This document shows positions 1-9,874 of a DNA stretch of 64,000 nt, in pieces. The notes below the pieces were generated by a model. It saw only the letters and a program-made list of their open reading frames with translations. It had not been told where the DNA came from and made no database searches. The position numbers and the translations under genes are program-made. Each line of letters starts with the position of its first letter. Positions within the stretch are counted from its first letter, which is position 1. Source of the stretch: Patescibacteria group bacterium (GTDB lineage Bacteria; Patescibacteriota; Microgenomatia; Daviesbacterales; UBA10151); assembly GCA_038064895.1 (NCBI GenBank), contig JBBTSA010000010.1, positions 182,616 through 246,615 on the forward strand. Reading direction: 5' to 3'.

Positions 1-779
1 GATTTGGAAGAAAAATAATCGATCCATAAGACAGAAGGCCAATTATATGACAAGGGATACAAAATATTGGCCATATAGTACCAATTACTGGAAAGGGAGG
101 TGAATAAAACTCCAAAAAACCCCGCCCATGTATTTGACGTCAACTCTTTTACTAAAAGATAAGCTAAAGCAGAATACAAAATAATATAAAAAGGTCCGAT
201 AATTTGGAAAAATAGTTCCGGCACGGGTATTTTGGTTAGCAAATGTATTATTGCAAATTGCAAGTCTACAAAATAGTGATAACCCGTAAGTGATAAACCG
301 GAAAATGCCGGATTCTGTGGAGGAACACTATATTTTAGGTTGTTAATTAGGGCCAAATGCCAAGTGCTATCAAAGCCATGAGCCCCCGGCAGAGAAATAC
401 CCGTATTAGTAACTGTCCCGTAAGGAAATGTTATTATGCTATTTATTAGCAAACTTAAACCCACAGTAATAAATATTAAAACATTGATTTTTGAAATTCT
501 TAATTTAAGAATAGATAAAAATCCTTTTGTTTTAAAAATTACTCCCCAGATAACAAATGCCTGTAAAAACAAAAAAATTTGAAGATACTTATAAAGACCT
601 AAAAAACCTGCAATATACCCTTCTAAGGTTATTAACATAAGACCAAGAAATATACAAATAACAATTTTGCTAAAAAGGCTTGCAGCCGTTAAATTAATTA
701 GTGCAAAAATTATTCTTCCTGAAGGCAGGATAATAAAAAGAAGGAATGCAATAAAAATTAACCAGTATATAAGTATCAT
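1..779 (-). CDS. Polytopic membrane protein, HDGxWH-type GT-C-like family (runs off window edge; not in ORF track)
   Basis: ATG at 779 overlaps the upstream TGA (ATGA). Manual translation MILIYWLIFIAF...GAHGFDSTWHLALINNLKYSVPPQNPAFSGLSLTGYHYFVDL matches the motif block of 24638..26650 and 26647..30129. Confidence 0.8.
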   Translation of the reverse strand, partial: MILIYWLIFIAFLLFIILPSGRIIFALINLTAASLFSKIVICIFLGLMLITLEGYIAGFLGLYKYLQIFLFLQAFVIWGVIFKTKGFLSILKLRISKINVLIFITVGLSLLINSIITFPYGTVTNTGISLPGAHGFDSTWHLALINNLKYSVPPQNPAFSGLSLTGYHYFVDLQFAIIHLLTKIPVPELFFQIIGPFYIILYSALAYLLVKELTSNTWAGFFGVLFTSLSSNWYYMANILYPLSYNWPSVLWIDYFSSK

Positions 780-1582
780 CCAACGTTTATTCTAAAGTTT
801 AACTGCGGATCAAACCTCCATTTTCTTTTATTTTGATCTGAATAATACCTAATAATTTTGAGCCTATAAAAGATTGCCAATGTTTCCCAAAACATCCAAA
901 AAACAGTTTTTAAAAATTTTTGACTGGTAATTGTTGATGCTCCCCCAAAATGTAATCTAATATCCACTGGCGCTTCGTAGATTCTTTTAAAACCCAAATA
1001 ATTTGCAACACTTAGTATTTCCACATCAAATGCATAGGTTTTAACCAAAAGTCTTGGTAATACTTTTTCTAAAACTTCTCTTTTAAAAAATTTCATCCCT
1101 ACCTGTGTATCCCGCAGCTTAAAACCAAATAGTAATCTAACTAACACTTGATAACCTATTGAAAGTATTCTTCTTTGCCAAGGGTAGTCCACCTTAGAAA
1201 CCGGATGTCTTTTTGAACCAACAATGATATCAGCATTGTACCACTCAAAGTGTTCAAGTAGCATAGAAAGTCCGTTTGGATTCAAATCCATGCCGGCATC
1301 AATAAAACCAACTACGTCACCTTTACTTTCTGCCATACCGAAACGGACTGCATAACCCTTCCCTTTATTAGCTTCATATCCGATTACCATCACATTGGTA
1401 AAATTTTTGGCAAAGCTTAAGGCCCTATCTAATGTTTTATCTAATTTACCATCTATCACACAAATCAGTTCTGTAGGGTAACGAAGTTTATCTAAAACCT
1501 TTTTAATCCTTCCTAAATCCCTTACTATTGTTTCTTCCTGCCTATATGCCGGAACTATTACCGAGATAAGTTTTATCTCCAT
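776..1582 (-). CDS. GT2 polyprenol-phosphate glycosyltransferase (ALG5/DPM-like)
   Basis: SVIVPAY, NKGKGYAVRFG, DTQVGMKFF and FDVEIL motifs; DxD appears as DAG. Confidence 0.85.
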   Translation of the reverse strand: MEIKLISVIVPAYRQEETIVRDLGRIKKVLDKLRYPTELICVIDGKLDKTLDRALSFAKNFTNVMVIGYEANKGKGYAVRFGMAESKGDVVGFIDAGMDLNPNGLSMLLEHFEWYNADIIVGSKRHPVSKVDYPWQRRILSIGYQVLVRLLFGFKLRDTQVGMKFFKREVLEKVLPRLLVKTYAFDVEILSVANYLGFKRIYEAPVDIRLHFGGASTITSQKFLKTVFWMFWETLAIFYRLKIIRYYSDQNKRKWRFDPQLNFRINVG

Positions 1583-2819
1583 AGGTAGAGTATATTATCA
1601 GAGCCATAAGTAGTAAAGCAGCTACTCCGGTTGAGGCCAAAATTATAATGAATAAACTTGGATGGAAAAACCAAATAATTATAATCTGAATAATTGCTGC
1701 GATGGCAGGAAAATAGACAACATTTATCCTACCGATAGAAAGATGTAGATTAATATAAAGGCAGCAGATAGTAAATATAGTAATAAAAAATCCATACCAT
1801 AATAAAAGTGGTGAAGCTTCTAAATAATCAGAATTTAGCATTCTGATTACAAATTCAGGCATGAGCCAGTAAATTATTAAAACTAAAAAAGAAATTAGAG
1901 AAGTTAATAATAAGCTTAAGAAAAATACTTTTTTATATTCTTTTCCTTTTGATTGTTTTTGTGAGATAAGCGGGAACATTACAGCACCAATAGGCGCTGT
2001 TCCAAAGAAAATGATTTTTCCTAAAGAAGAAATTACGGCATAAATTCCCGCATCATGGGGAGCAAAAAAATGCTTAATTAAAATAATATCTGTAGAATAC
2101 AAAGATGTAATTGAAATGGATTGAATGAGAACTGGGAATGAATAGTGAAGCATCTTTTTAACATTTGGAACTCTTAGTGATTTTTTTAAATAATTTTGAA
2201 TAAATAATCTGGAAAGGAAAAATCCAATTGACGAAGCAATTACTAAACCGGCTACCGCTCCGGCTACAGAGAAACCAATGTAGACGAAGAATATGCCTAA
2301 TAATAATTTAAAACTGCTTTCAGTAAAAAGACTAAAGATCATTTGAGGAAATTTTAAAAGTCCTTGAAGAACTGATTTATAAAGAAGCGCTGCCAAAGAA
2401 AATAAAAATGATACAGCAATCAAAATAATTATTAGTTTATTATCTATCTTTAAAAATGAAGAAATAAATGGAGAAAAAAGGGTAATCATTGTAAATATAA
2501 TCAGAGATAAAATAAAAACCCTAGCATTAAACCAGCTTACTAGATTTACTACTTCACTATCATTTTTTGCTGAGGAAACAAATTTAATAATTACGAGACT
2601 CAGTGAGGCAGGGGCAATTCCTAAAAGTCCAGTAAGTGATAGTAATGCTGCTAATTCCCCATAGCTGGGTGGTGTAAGGAATCTAATCATTACCAGATGA
2701 TATAAATAATTTAGAAAATTAACCAGATTACTACCAGCTATCATAACTATGCTCCCCGTAAGTAACGGATGAGAAAGTAAATTTAAAAATTCAAATTTAA
2801 AATTTAAAATTGTCCTCAT
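1542..2819 (-). CDS. Wzx-type oligosaccharide flippase
   Basis: About 12 TM segments, LTPPSYGE and AGIY motifs of the MOP/PST family; start chosen at ATGA overlap (2819). Confidence 0.8.
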   Translation of the reverse strand: MRTILNFKFEFLNLLSHPLLTGSIVMIAGSNLVNFLNYLYHLVMIRFLTPPSYGELAALLSLTGLLGIAPASLSLVIIKFVSSAKNDSEVVNLVSWFNARVFILSLIIFTMITLFSPFISSFLKIDNKLIIILIAVSFLFSLAALLYKSVLQGLLKFPQMIFSLFTESSFKLLLGIFFVYIGFSVAGAVAGLVIASSIGFFLSRLFIQNYLKKSLRVPNVKKMLHYSFPVLIQSISITSLYSTDIILIKHFFAPHDAGIYAVISSLGKIIFFGTAPIGAVMFPLISQKQSKGKEYKKVFFLSLLLTSLISFLVLIIYWLMPEFVIRMLNSDYLEASPLLLWYGFFITIFTICCLYINLHLSIGRINVVYFPAIAAIIQIIIIWFFHPSLFIIILASTGVAALLLMALIIYSTYGDKTYLGNSSGI

Positions 2820-3976
2820 GCTACCCAATACCCCCTTAAAAACAGTACCGATTCTATAAATAAAAGAATAATTGATACGGATAAAATAATAACCTTTAAT
2901 ATGTTTGGTTTACTATTTAACCATATGGCAGCAGCCAGAAAGCTTGGAAAAAAAACGATAATATATCTGGGGGTCGAGGAAAAACTACCTTGAATAGTTG
3001 GCAGCAAAAACCCTACCATAGCATATATAAGATAGGAGAGACGTATTTTTTTAAAGAACCCGTAAATAGGAAGCAAGAAAAAAATAATTCCTAAACTAAA
3101 TTCCAAAAGAATTGTTTGATAGATCGGATTTTGCATATCAACAGTAAGTAACATCTTGATATAACGGAAATAAACTTGAGGTAAAAGAGTAATACCCGCG
3201 GTATGCTGTTCTCCAACAATTGTCTGTAGATTATAAAATGCTAAAGGATCATCGAATGTAAAGTACTGATATAACATGTACATTCCAAGCCCCACAGGAA
3301 TAAAAAATAACCAAAAGATGATCTTTCGGTACATCTTTTGTTGCCAAATCTCAACTAAAAAAGCAGGGAAAAGTATTATCCCAAAAACCCTTGTAGCAGA
3401 AGATAAAGCACCCAAAAATGATGATTTTAGAAGCATACCCTTTCTAAAAGTATAAAATGACAAAACCGAAAAAAGGAGAAAAAGAGATTCATTATATAAT
3501 GCTCCAAAATAAAAAGAGGTGGGAAAGATTAGAAGCAGAATGATCGTAAGATATGCTAAATTTTGGGAATAATCTATTCTTATAAGTTCCCAAAGTATAA
3601 CTAATGCAAAGAAAAAAGCTATATTGGATGTTAAAAGACCGGCCAAGATGGAAAAAACATTCGCTGAAAATAGATCATTATAAAAAGGTTTTGCGAAAAA
3701 AGATATTAGAGTCGGGTATACCGGAAAGAAGGCCTGTTCTAAAAATTTATATCCGTGGATTGAAATGGATAGATAATGCTCTCCGTCAAAATTTGCCCAG
3801 GAGAAAAATAAAGGCTCAAGATGATAATTTTGAGACCCTCCTCCCAGGAATCTATCTTTATTCATAAGAGGAACATTAGAAACAGCAAAAACGCCTGCCA
3901 ATGTTAAGAATATTCTCCAGGCTATAAATAAAGTAAGAATTATAAAAAGTGGATGTTTTGATAACTTAGCAATCAT
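2816..3976 (-). CDS. PIG-V/GT76-like membrane mannosyltransferase (GT-C)
   Basis: WANFDGEHYLSI, AFFPVYP, YNESLFL and ATRVFG motifs. Confidence 0.75.
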   Translation of the reverse strand: MIAKLSKHPLFIILTLFIAWRIFLTLAGVFAVSNVPLMNKDRFLGGGSQNYHLEPLFFSWANFDGEHYLSISIHGYKFLEQAFFPVYPTLISFFAKPFYNDLFSANVFSILAGLLTSNIAFFFALVILWELIRIDYSQNLAYLTIILLLIFPTSFYFGALYNESLFLLFSVLSFYTFRKGMLLKSSFLGALSSATRVFGIILFPAFLVEIWQQKMYRKIIFWLFFIPVGLGMYMLYQYFTFDDPLAFYNLQTIVGEQHTAGITLLPQVYFRYIKMLLTVDMQNPIYQTILLEFSLGIIFFLLPIYGFFKKIRLSYLIYAMVGFLLPTIQGSFSSTPRYIIVFFPSFLAAAIWLNSKPNILKVIILSVSIILLFIESVLFLRGYWVA

Positions 3977-4035
3977 TTTTTAAGTTTTCCAGCAAATTTC
4001 TGGTATAATAACCAATTCCTCTTGTTGATTTTCAT
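3973..4035 (-). pseudogene. 20-codon bridge ORF (MKINKRNWLLYQKFAGKLKK), probable deletion scar
   Basis: ATGA overlap with the upstream stop at 4032-4035 and with the downstream start at 3973-3976; exactly fills the gap. Confidence 0.45.
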
Positions 4036-4778
4036 TTTCTAAAATCTATTAAATATTTAATGTATGCGACGGGAAATCTTAGAGATGAAAATAATGCAAA
4101 CAAAAAACCGGGAAAGCCATCCATAAAACCCTTATGCCTAATGTATGCTTTTATAAACCAGAAGCCGGGTTTTAAAAAAAAATAATCAAAAAAGGAGGGA
4201 TTATTAATCTGTACCGATAGAAAATCTGTGTATCTATTAAATCTTTCCATATATATTGAGAATGTTTTATCTCTCATATGCAATAAATCACTCCTAAAAT
4301 ACTCTACCTTACCTTTTACTTCTGCTTGCTCATGAACATCTTTGGCTGGAAACCTTCCAAAGCCTCTTTTGTAAAGCCTTAAAGTATAATCAGGGTATTG
4401 CCCGCCCTTTGTCAAAAACCTTCCTAAAAAGAAATTCTTTCTCGGAATCCAGAAACCCTCTATATTGCTTTTTCTTAAGATAACTTCTTCTATCTCCCGG
4501 ACTAATGCCTTTGTAACCACTTCGTCCGCGTCAAGCTGTAAAATCCACTCCCCCGCTGCCATATCAATTGCCTTATTTTTATTTATATGAAAATTAGCAG
4601 GATTGGTGGTTCGTATAATTTTGGCCCCAAAACTTTCGGCAATCTTTAAAGTATTGTCTTTGGAACCTCCATCTACTACAACAATCTCCCATGCAATATC
4701 CCTTACAGAATCCAGGCAATTCTTTAGATTGGCCTCTTCGTTATAAACAGCTAATACAACAGATAGTCTTTTCTTCAT
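4032..4778 (-). CDS. GT2 glycosyltransferase (WaaE/KdtX-like)
   Basis: LSVVLAVYNEE, VVDGGSKD, WILQLDADE, YPDYTLRL, VHE and GFMDGFPG motifs. Confidence 0.85.
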   Translation of the reverse strand: MKKRLSVVLAVYNEEANLKNCLDSVRDIAWEIVVVDGGSKDNTLKIAESFGAKIIRTTNPANFHINKNKAIDMAAGEWILQLDADEVVTKALVREIEEVILRKSNIEGFWIPRKNFFLGRFLTKGGQYPDYTLRLYKRGFGRFPAKDVHEQAEVKGKVEYFRSDLLHMRDKTFSIYMERFNRYTDFLSVQINNPSFFDYFFLKPGFWFIKAYIRHKGFMDGFPGFLFALFSSLRFPVAYIKYLIDFRK

Positions 4779-4794
4779 ACAGAAAGTCTATTAC

Positions 4795-6111
4795 TTACAA
4801 TCTATCGCTAATAAGATAAAATGCAATTGTGCCATTAGGATAGTAGATAATCTTTTTAATATCAAATGATAATTTGTGTTCCTTAATATATTCTACTATT
4901 TGTTTCATACCATACTACCATTCGATAGCATATCTTTTTGAATATTCCCCAAAGTAATGATTCAAATAATTCTTTAATGACAAGGCTAAAATAACAACGG
5001 TTACTGCAACCAATATGAACTTCAAGATGGGCTTACTTAGCAAACTGACAATAAAATAAAGACCCAGTGCAGAAATAATATGCCAACTTCCTATCATAAA
5101 AGAAGCTCTTGCTGCATGGGGTGCTTCTGCCACCAGAGCTGAAGAAAGTGGTGCAATCAGTGCCCAACTCAAAAGAATCATACTCTCTTTAGATCTTTTA
5201 TACAAAAGGTAAACTACCCCTAAAATTAGAAATAGAGCATCTAATTTATAAAATTCTCCTGTTTGAGAAGAAAGCCTTGGATTTTTATCACTCTGTATGA
5301 ATAAATATTGTGGGGAAAAGTGCCAACTATATTGAGTAAGAATCAATTTAATACGGCCAAACAATTTATTCTCTCCTCTTTGCACTGTTTGATTTATTCT
5401 GGCGATACCTAAAAGCTGAGGGTGAGAAATAAGTATCAATCCAAAAATTATCACCACAATCGATGATGATACTACTACCTTCTTATTTTTAATAAAAGTT
5501 TTAATCCTGTTGAAATAGAGAGTTATTAAAACAAAAATCACCATTGGGACTACCACCTTGGATGGATGGTATGTTAGAAAACAAATTGCAAAACTGCTTA
5601 TAGATAAAGGTAGTAATTTTTGAGTTTTTTTAAATGAAACATAGAATAAAATTAACCCGGCCATAAAAAAGAATGAAGCAAAATTAGCTTCGTGGCTAAA
5701 ACGGGAAAAATGAATATTATATGGAGAAATTGCTAAAAAAAATGCCGCAATCAATCCTAAAAATTCACTTTTAAACATTATTCTAGCCAGAAAAAATATA
5801 AGTAACACATTCAAAACCCCAAAAACAGAAGAAGGAAATCTGGTACTAAATTCGGAAAGTCCGAGTAGTTTTATAGAAAGGGCGGTAAAATATACATGAA
5901 CCGGATGTTTATCGTCAGCAAAAGAGCGAAAATAGAAGGGGAAAGATTTGCCATATTCGTCTTTTCCGAAATTGGCAATAGCCCATCCGTTATACCCTAC
6001 TGCCGCCTCATCCCAGGAGATTGAAGGAGGATGGGAGTCCAACTGATACACTCTAAGAGTAAGTGACAGGATTAAAATAAGAAAAAGGAGAATTTTAGTT
6101 AACCTTTGCAT
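4795..6111 (-). pseudogene. ArnT/PMT-like GT-C glycosyltransferase with internal TAG (4915-4917) and shortened C-terminus
   Basis: SWDEA and ISPYNIHFSR motifs; reading continues W*YGMKQIVEYIKEHK...YPNGTIAFYLISDRL to TAA at 4795, matching WQYGYKQVVQYIKEHK in 9874..11529. Confidence 0.7.
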
Positions 6112-7509
6112 TTAGTCTCCGAAATAAAACCTGCCAAAACTTTTGACCGTTGAGAATCCCCATTTATCCGGTGTATTTCTTATAACCTCTTTCCTGAATT
6201 TTTCCGGATCATATTTTAAATAAAAAAGGGCAAAAATATAGGGTTGGGCATACTGGTCCGAAACTAACACCTGGTCATAATTTCCAAACTTATTGTTGTA
6301 TTGCATAAAAAAATTTTTGTAAGCATATTGCCAGTGTTCTTTTGATTGGGCTGGATAGGTATTTATAAAATTCATAAAGTAATTTATATAAAAAGACAGC
6401 ATAACTAAAACAATCCCAAAATCAAAAAGATATTTTAGCTTTGGCCTTAACAAACTTAATCCTATGGCGGAAATCATGCTGATAAACGGCACCATAGATA
6501 ACGCCCGTAAAGCATGGGGTGATTCTTTGGTTAATGCAGCAGGTATTGGACTAATCAGCAGTAAAGCTATCGGCAAAAATCGATATTTTGATTTACTATT
6601 TACAAATGTTAGATATGATACACCGAGAAGAAAGAGAACTAATTCAGGAAGATAAAGCTGACCGAAACCCATCTGTTGATGTCGCAAATTTTTATCACCA
6701 TTCAGTAGAAAATCTGTACTAAAGTGAGATATATAATTTTTTATAAAAGTCTCTATATTGACAGTACCCACAGCCTGAAGTCTAAAAAACCCCACATCAT
6801 ATAAATATAGTCTGTAAATTGGCCAAATACTTATGGCAACTATAGCCAAAGATAAAATTACCCACCTAAGCTGTCTTTTTGCTAAATTTATCAGATTTTC
6901 TTTTTCTAAAAAAAATAGGATAAAAATTGTTAAAGGAGCAATTATCCTAAAGCTGTTGTAACTGTAGGCACTGAAAATAAAGCTTACCAGGGATAAGAGT
7001 ATTAAACTTCCATTTCTTGGATTAATTAGAAATAAATAAATTGCCAGCAAATAAAACATCAGACCGGCAGTTACCTCAAATCCTGTTCTTGAAAAAATAA
7101 AAAACCAGGGGGATATAGTTGCAAAAAAAGCACTCCATAGGCCAACCCATACTTGACCTGTTAACTTTTTAGCCAAAAGGTATGTTAAAATAACTACCCC
7201 CAAGGAAAACAAAACAGAAGGGATTCTAACTGAAAATTCATTTAGACCAAAAATGCTTACTGAAAGAGCCGTTGAATAAATATAGACCGGTAATTTAAAT
7301 TCACCAAATGCCCTGAAATGTATTGGCAAAAAATCTCCCCATTCATCCTTATCTGTTTGAGAAATAGAATATGCGTTGTAGCCTATGGACGCTTCATCCC
7401 AATAAACTGATGGTGGTATTTCTGAAATTTTATAAAGACGCGTAATAAGAAAAAAAACACAAATTAAACTTAATAAAAACCTTGTATTTAAAAACTTTGA
7501 TACAGACAT
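6112..7509 (-). CDS. ArnT/PMT-like GT-C glycosyltransferase (GT39/GT83-like)
   Basis: PPSVYWDEASIGYNAYSI, ISPWFFIFSR, SPHALR and WQYAY motifs. Confidence 0.8.
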   Translation of the reverse strand: MSVSKFLNTRFLLSLICVFFLITRLYKISEIPPSVYWDEASIGYNAYSISQTDKDEWGDFLPIHFRAFGEFKLPVYIYSTALSVSIFGLNEFSVRIPSVLFSLGVVILTYLLAKKLTGQVWVGLWSAFFATISPWFFIFSRTGFEVTAGLMFYLLAIYLFLINPRNGSLILLSLVSFIFSAYSYNSFRIIAPLTIFILFFLEKENLINLAKRQLRWVILSLAIVAISIWPIYRLYLYDVGFFRLQAVGTVNIETFIKNYISHFSTDFLLNGDKNLRHQQMGFGQLYLPELVLFLLGVSYLTFVNSKSKYRFLPIALLLISPIPAALTKESPHALRALSMVPFISMISAIGLSLLRPKLKYLFDFGIVLVMLSFYINYFMNFINTYPAQSKEHWQYAYKNFFMQYNNKFGNYDQVLVSDQYAQPYIFALFYLKYDPEKFRKEVIRNTPDKWGFSTVKSFGRFYFGD

Positions 7510-7524
7510 AATTTGATAACCTAA

Positions 7525-9207
7525 TCATAGCATGATGTAGAAAGCTTCACATTTAGGATGGCGCAAGCCCCTTTTAAAAACACTTTCACATTTTTCTTCA
7601 GGGTTAGTCGTATAAGCTATAAGTTTAATCTTTCCATCTAAACCCTTTATTTCAAAAAGAAACTTTAAATTATGCTCCAAAACCTGGTCATAAGAGATAG
7701 CAAGCTCATCTCCCACTAATATTTTGTCCTCATAAATTTCTCTATCCCAAATAATTGGCCTTATTTCAAGATTGTCAAGCTTTGTCTCCATATCCAAAGA
7801 AATATTGTTATAGTAGTTATTTTTAATCTCTTTGCTTGTTTGCAGTTGGTATTTTTTGGGATCTATTTTTCCATAAAAGGGTACCCATATATGAGAAGGT
7901 GCAATTCTACTGGAATCGATAACAATTTTTTTATCCGGATACTGTTTTAATTCAGATACTAATTTTTGATACTCGTAACCATAGTTTCCTCCTCTTTCAT
8001 ATTTTAAGAGAATAAAATATGAGTTATATAAAATAACAAGGGAAGTTATTGGAATTATCATGATGAGAATTATCTGAATCAATCTCAAGGGTATTCTCTC
8101 AAGTAGTTCGCTAGTGCCAAGAGAAATTATGAGAGTTAAAACCCAAAAAAGAGGTAATGCCCTAAGTGAATAAAATGGATCTTTTGTTAAGGCAGCAGGT
8201 ATAGGACTTACGATAAGTAGTAACAGAAGGATTTTAAAGATAGGATCTGATTGATTTTTCAATAAAAACTTAATACCAAGCCATAACGGCACAACCATCC
8301 ATGCATAAAAGATGCTTAAATTGGGCATTGATCTGGCCTCTTGCGGATCAGGATCAAAAAATAAGCTTCTGGGTGAGAAGTATTCAAGATAATGACTACT
8401 AAATTCCCTTAAAATATATAAGGCTCTTCCAAATATGATGTATTTAAAGTTACTACCATGCTCATTATAATCATTTTCATTTAAATAATTAACTTGTTCT
8501 ATCCTTCTTGTAAATGCTTCTGATTGAATAAATGTTAGCTGGGGCAGTTGAGAAATTATAAAAAGAACAATCCCAATTAAAAGATATTTTTTATATCTTA
8601 AAAATCTATTTTTAAACACCCAAATTAGGAGTGGAAAAAAGATTAGTCCTAAGTATCTTTCTGTATGATAAGTATATCCAGAAAGTCCCCCTACCAAAAA
8701 TACTAATATGATCAGTTTTGGGTTTGATAAAGATTTAATAAACAAAAAGACATTTAAAATAAAAAGTGTCAAAGATAAACTTATCTCATGACCTCCCCTT
8801 CCAAAATATACAGCCCATGGAGAAATAGAAATCAGAAATACTACTAAAGTCTGTCCAGAAAAAGTTATTTTTTTAATTTGAAATGCTATAAGCAGGGATA
8901 AAATAATAAGTAAAATACTTGAAAATACAGAGATAAGGCGAATCGAAAATACGGTTGGCCCAAAAAATGCAACTGGAATAACAGAAAAGTAAGTATACAT
9001 TGGCAGAAGATATGTCCCCAAAGATCTAAAAGCTAATGGTAAGGTCTGTCCGTAACGATCCTTACCTGTCTGCAAAATAGAATAAGCATTATAACCATGT
9101 GATGCTTCATCTGGATTTAAGCCGGGTGGAATATCATTTAGGTGATAGAATCGTAAAAATATACCTATTGATAAAACTAATAATAAAATAAGAATTTTAA
9201 AGCCCAT
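7525..9207 (-). CDS. ArnT/PMT-like GT-C glycosyltransferase
   Basis: PPGLNPDEASHGYNAYSILQTGKD and ISPWAVYFGR motifs; many TM segments. Confidence 0.8.
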   Translation of the reverse strand: MGFKILILLLVLSIGIFLRFYHLNDIPPGLNPDEASHGYNAYSILQTGKDRYGQTLPLAFRSLGTYLLPMYTYFSVIPVAFFGPTVFSIRLISVFSSILLIILSLLIAFQIKKITFSGQTLVVFLISISPWAVYFGRGGHEISLSLTLFILNVFLFIKSLSNPKLIILVFLVGGLSGYTYHTERYLGLIFFPLLIWVFKNRFLRYKKYLLIGIVLFIISQLPQLTFIQSEAFTRRIEQVNYLNENDYNEHGSNFKYIIFGRALYILREFSSHYLEYFSPRSLFFDPDPQEARSMPNLSIFYAWMVVPLWLGIKFLLKNQSDPIFKILLLLLIVSPIPAALTKDPFYSLRALPLFWVLTLIISLGTSELLERIPLRLIQIILIMIIPITSLVILYNSYFILLKYERGGNYGYEYQKLVSELKQYPDKKIVIDSSRIAPSHIWVPFYGKIDPKKYQLQTSKEIKNNYYNNISLDMETKLDNLEIRPIIWDREIYEDKILVGDELAISYDQVLEHNLKFLFEIKGLDGKIKLIAYTTNPEEKCESVFKRGLRHPKCEAFYIML

Positions 9208-9874
9208 TTTTTTCAGTTCTAAAAATTTTTAAAATACCCAAGGTTATCAGTAAATTAATTAATGGAAATAGAAGAACTGGTCCCAAAGTAAATGTTTGTT
9301 TTATAAATCCCGTAACAAGAAGTGCAAATAATAAGTAGAGAACTATCAAATATGAAGAAGATTTAATAAAATATAAAAGTCCAATTAAAAAGAATATAAG
9401 AAAAATTGCAGGATACATTGAAAATTCTTCAACTTTTTCTCTTTCCCTAGGATGATTAGAAAAAAAATATAGATTTGGACTTAAACTATTAAAAATATTG
9501 CTTGCATAAACATTAAAATATGGATAAATATCCTTATAAAAGCGCAATACAAACTTATTTTTAAAGAGTTTACCAAGACTAATTGCAAAATACCCATGTC
9601 TTTCATTTAACTGTTTTTGTTGATCCGGCCTAAGTTCTCTTAAATTGTTATCAAAACCTGCTACTAAAATCTTTACACTTGTCGAAAATAGAAGAAGTAA
9701 AGTAATAAGAAAAATTTTTTTATTTAACCTAGTAGCCGTCAAACTCGCCATTGTTAAACTTAACAGAACTAAAGTTAAGCCAAGAAACAGATCTATCTTT
9801 ATTATTTTCCAAATCCAAAAATTTGTTATAGCAACTGCAAGACTAATAAGAGTTACGAGAGAAATCCGATGCAT
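9197..9874 (-). CDS. Short membrane protein resembling the central part of the neighbouring GT-Cs, without the DE loop
   Basis: LGKLFKNK...SLSPNLYFF..HPRE...FFLIG aligns by eye to RLIHNK...HFTPQFLFF...LIIG of 9874..11529. Confidence 0.6.
   Translation of the reverse strand: MHRISLVTLISLAVAITNFWIWKIIKIDLFLGLTLVLLSLTMASLTATRLNKKIFLITLLLLFSTSVKILVAGFDNNLRELRPDQQKQLNERHGYFAISLGKLFKNKFVLRFYKDIYPYFNVYASNIFNSLSPNLYFFSNHPREREKVEEFSMYPAIFLIFFLIGLLYFIKSSSYLIVLYLLFALLVTGFIKQTFTLGPVLLFPLINLLITLGILKIFRTEKNGL

Noticed and set aside
4915-4917. Genome-wide TAG-to-Gln recoding
   Set aside because: TAG is the natural stop of several intact genes here (ends at 16281, 23028, 40103, 44173, 46400), and only one internal TAG was seen.
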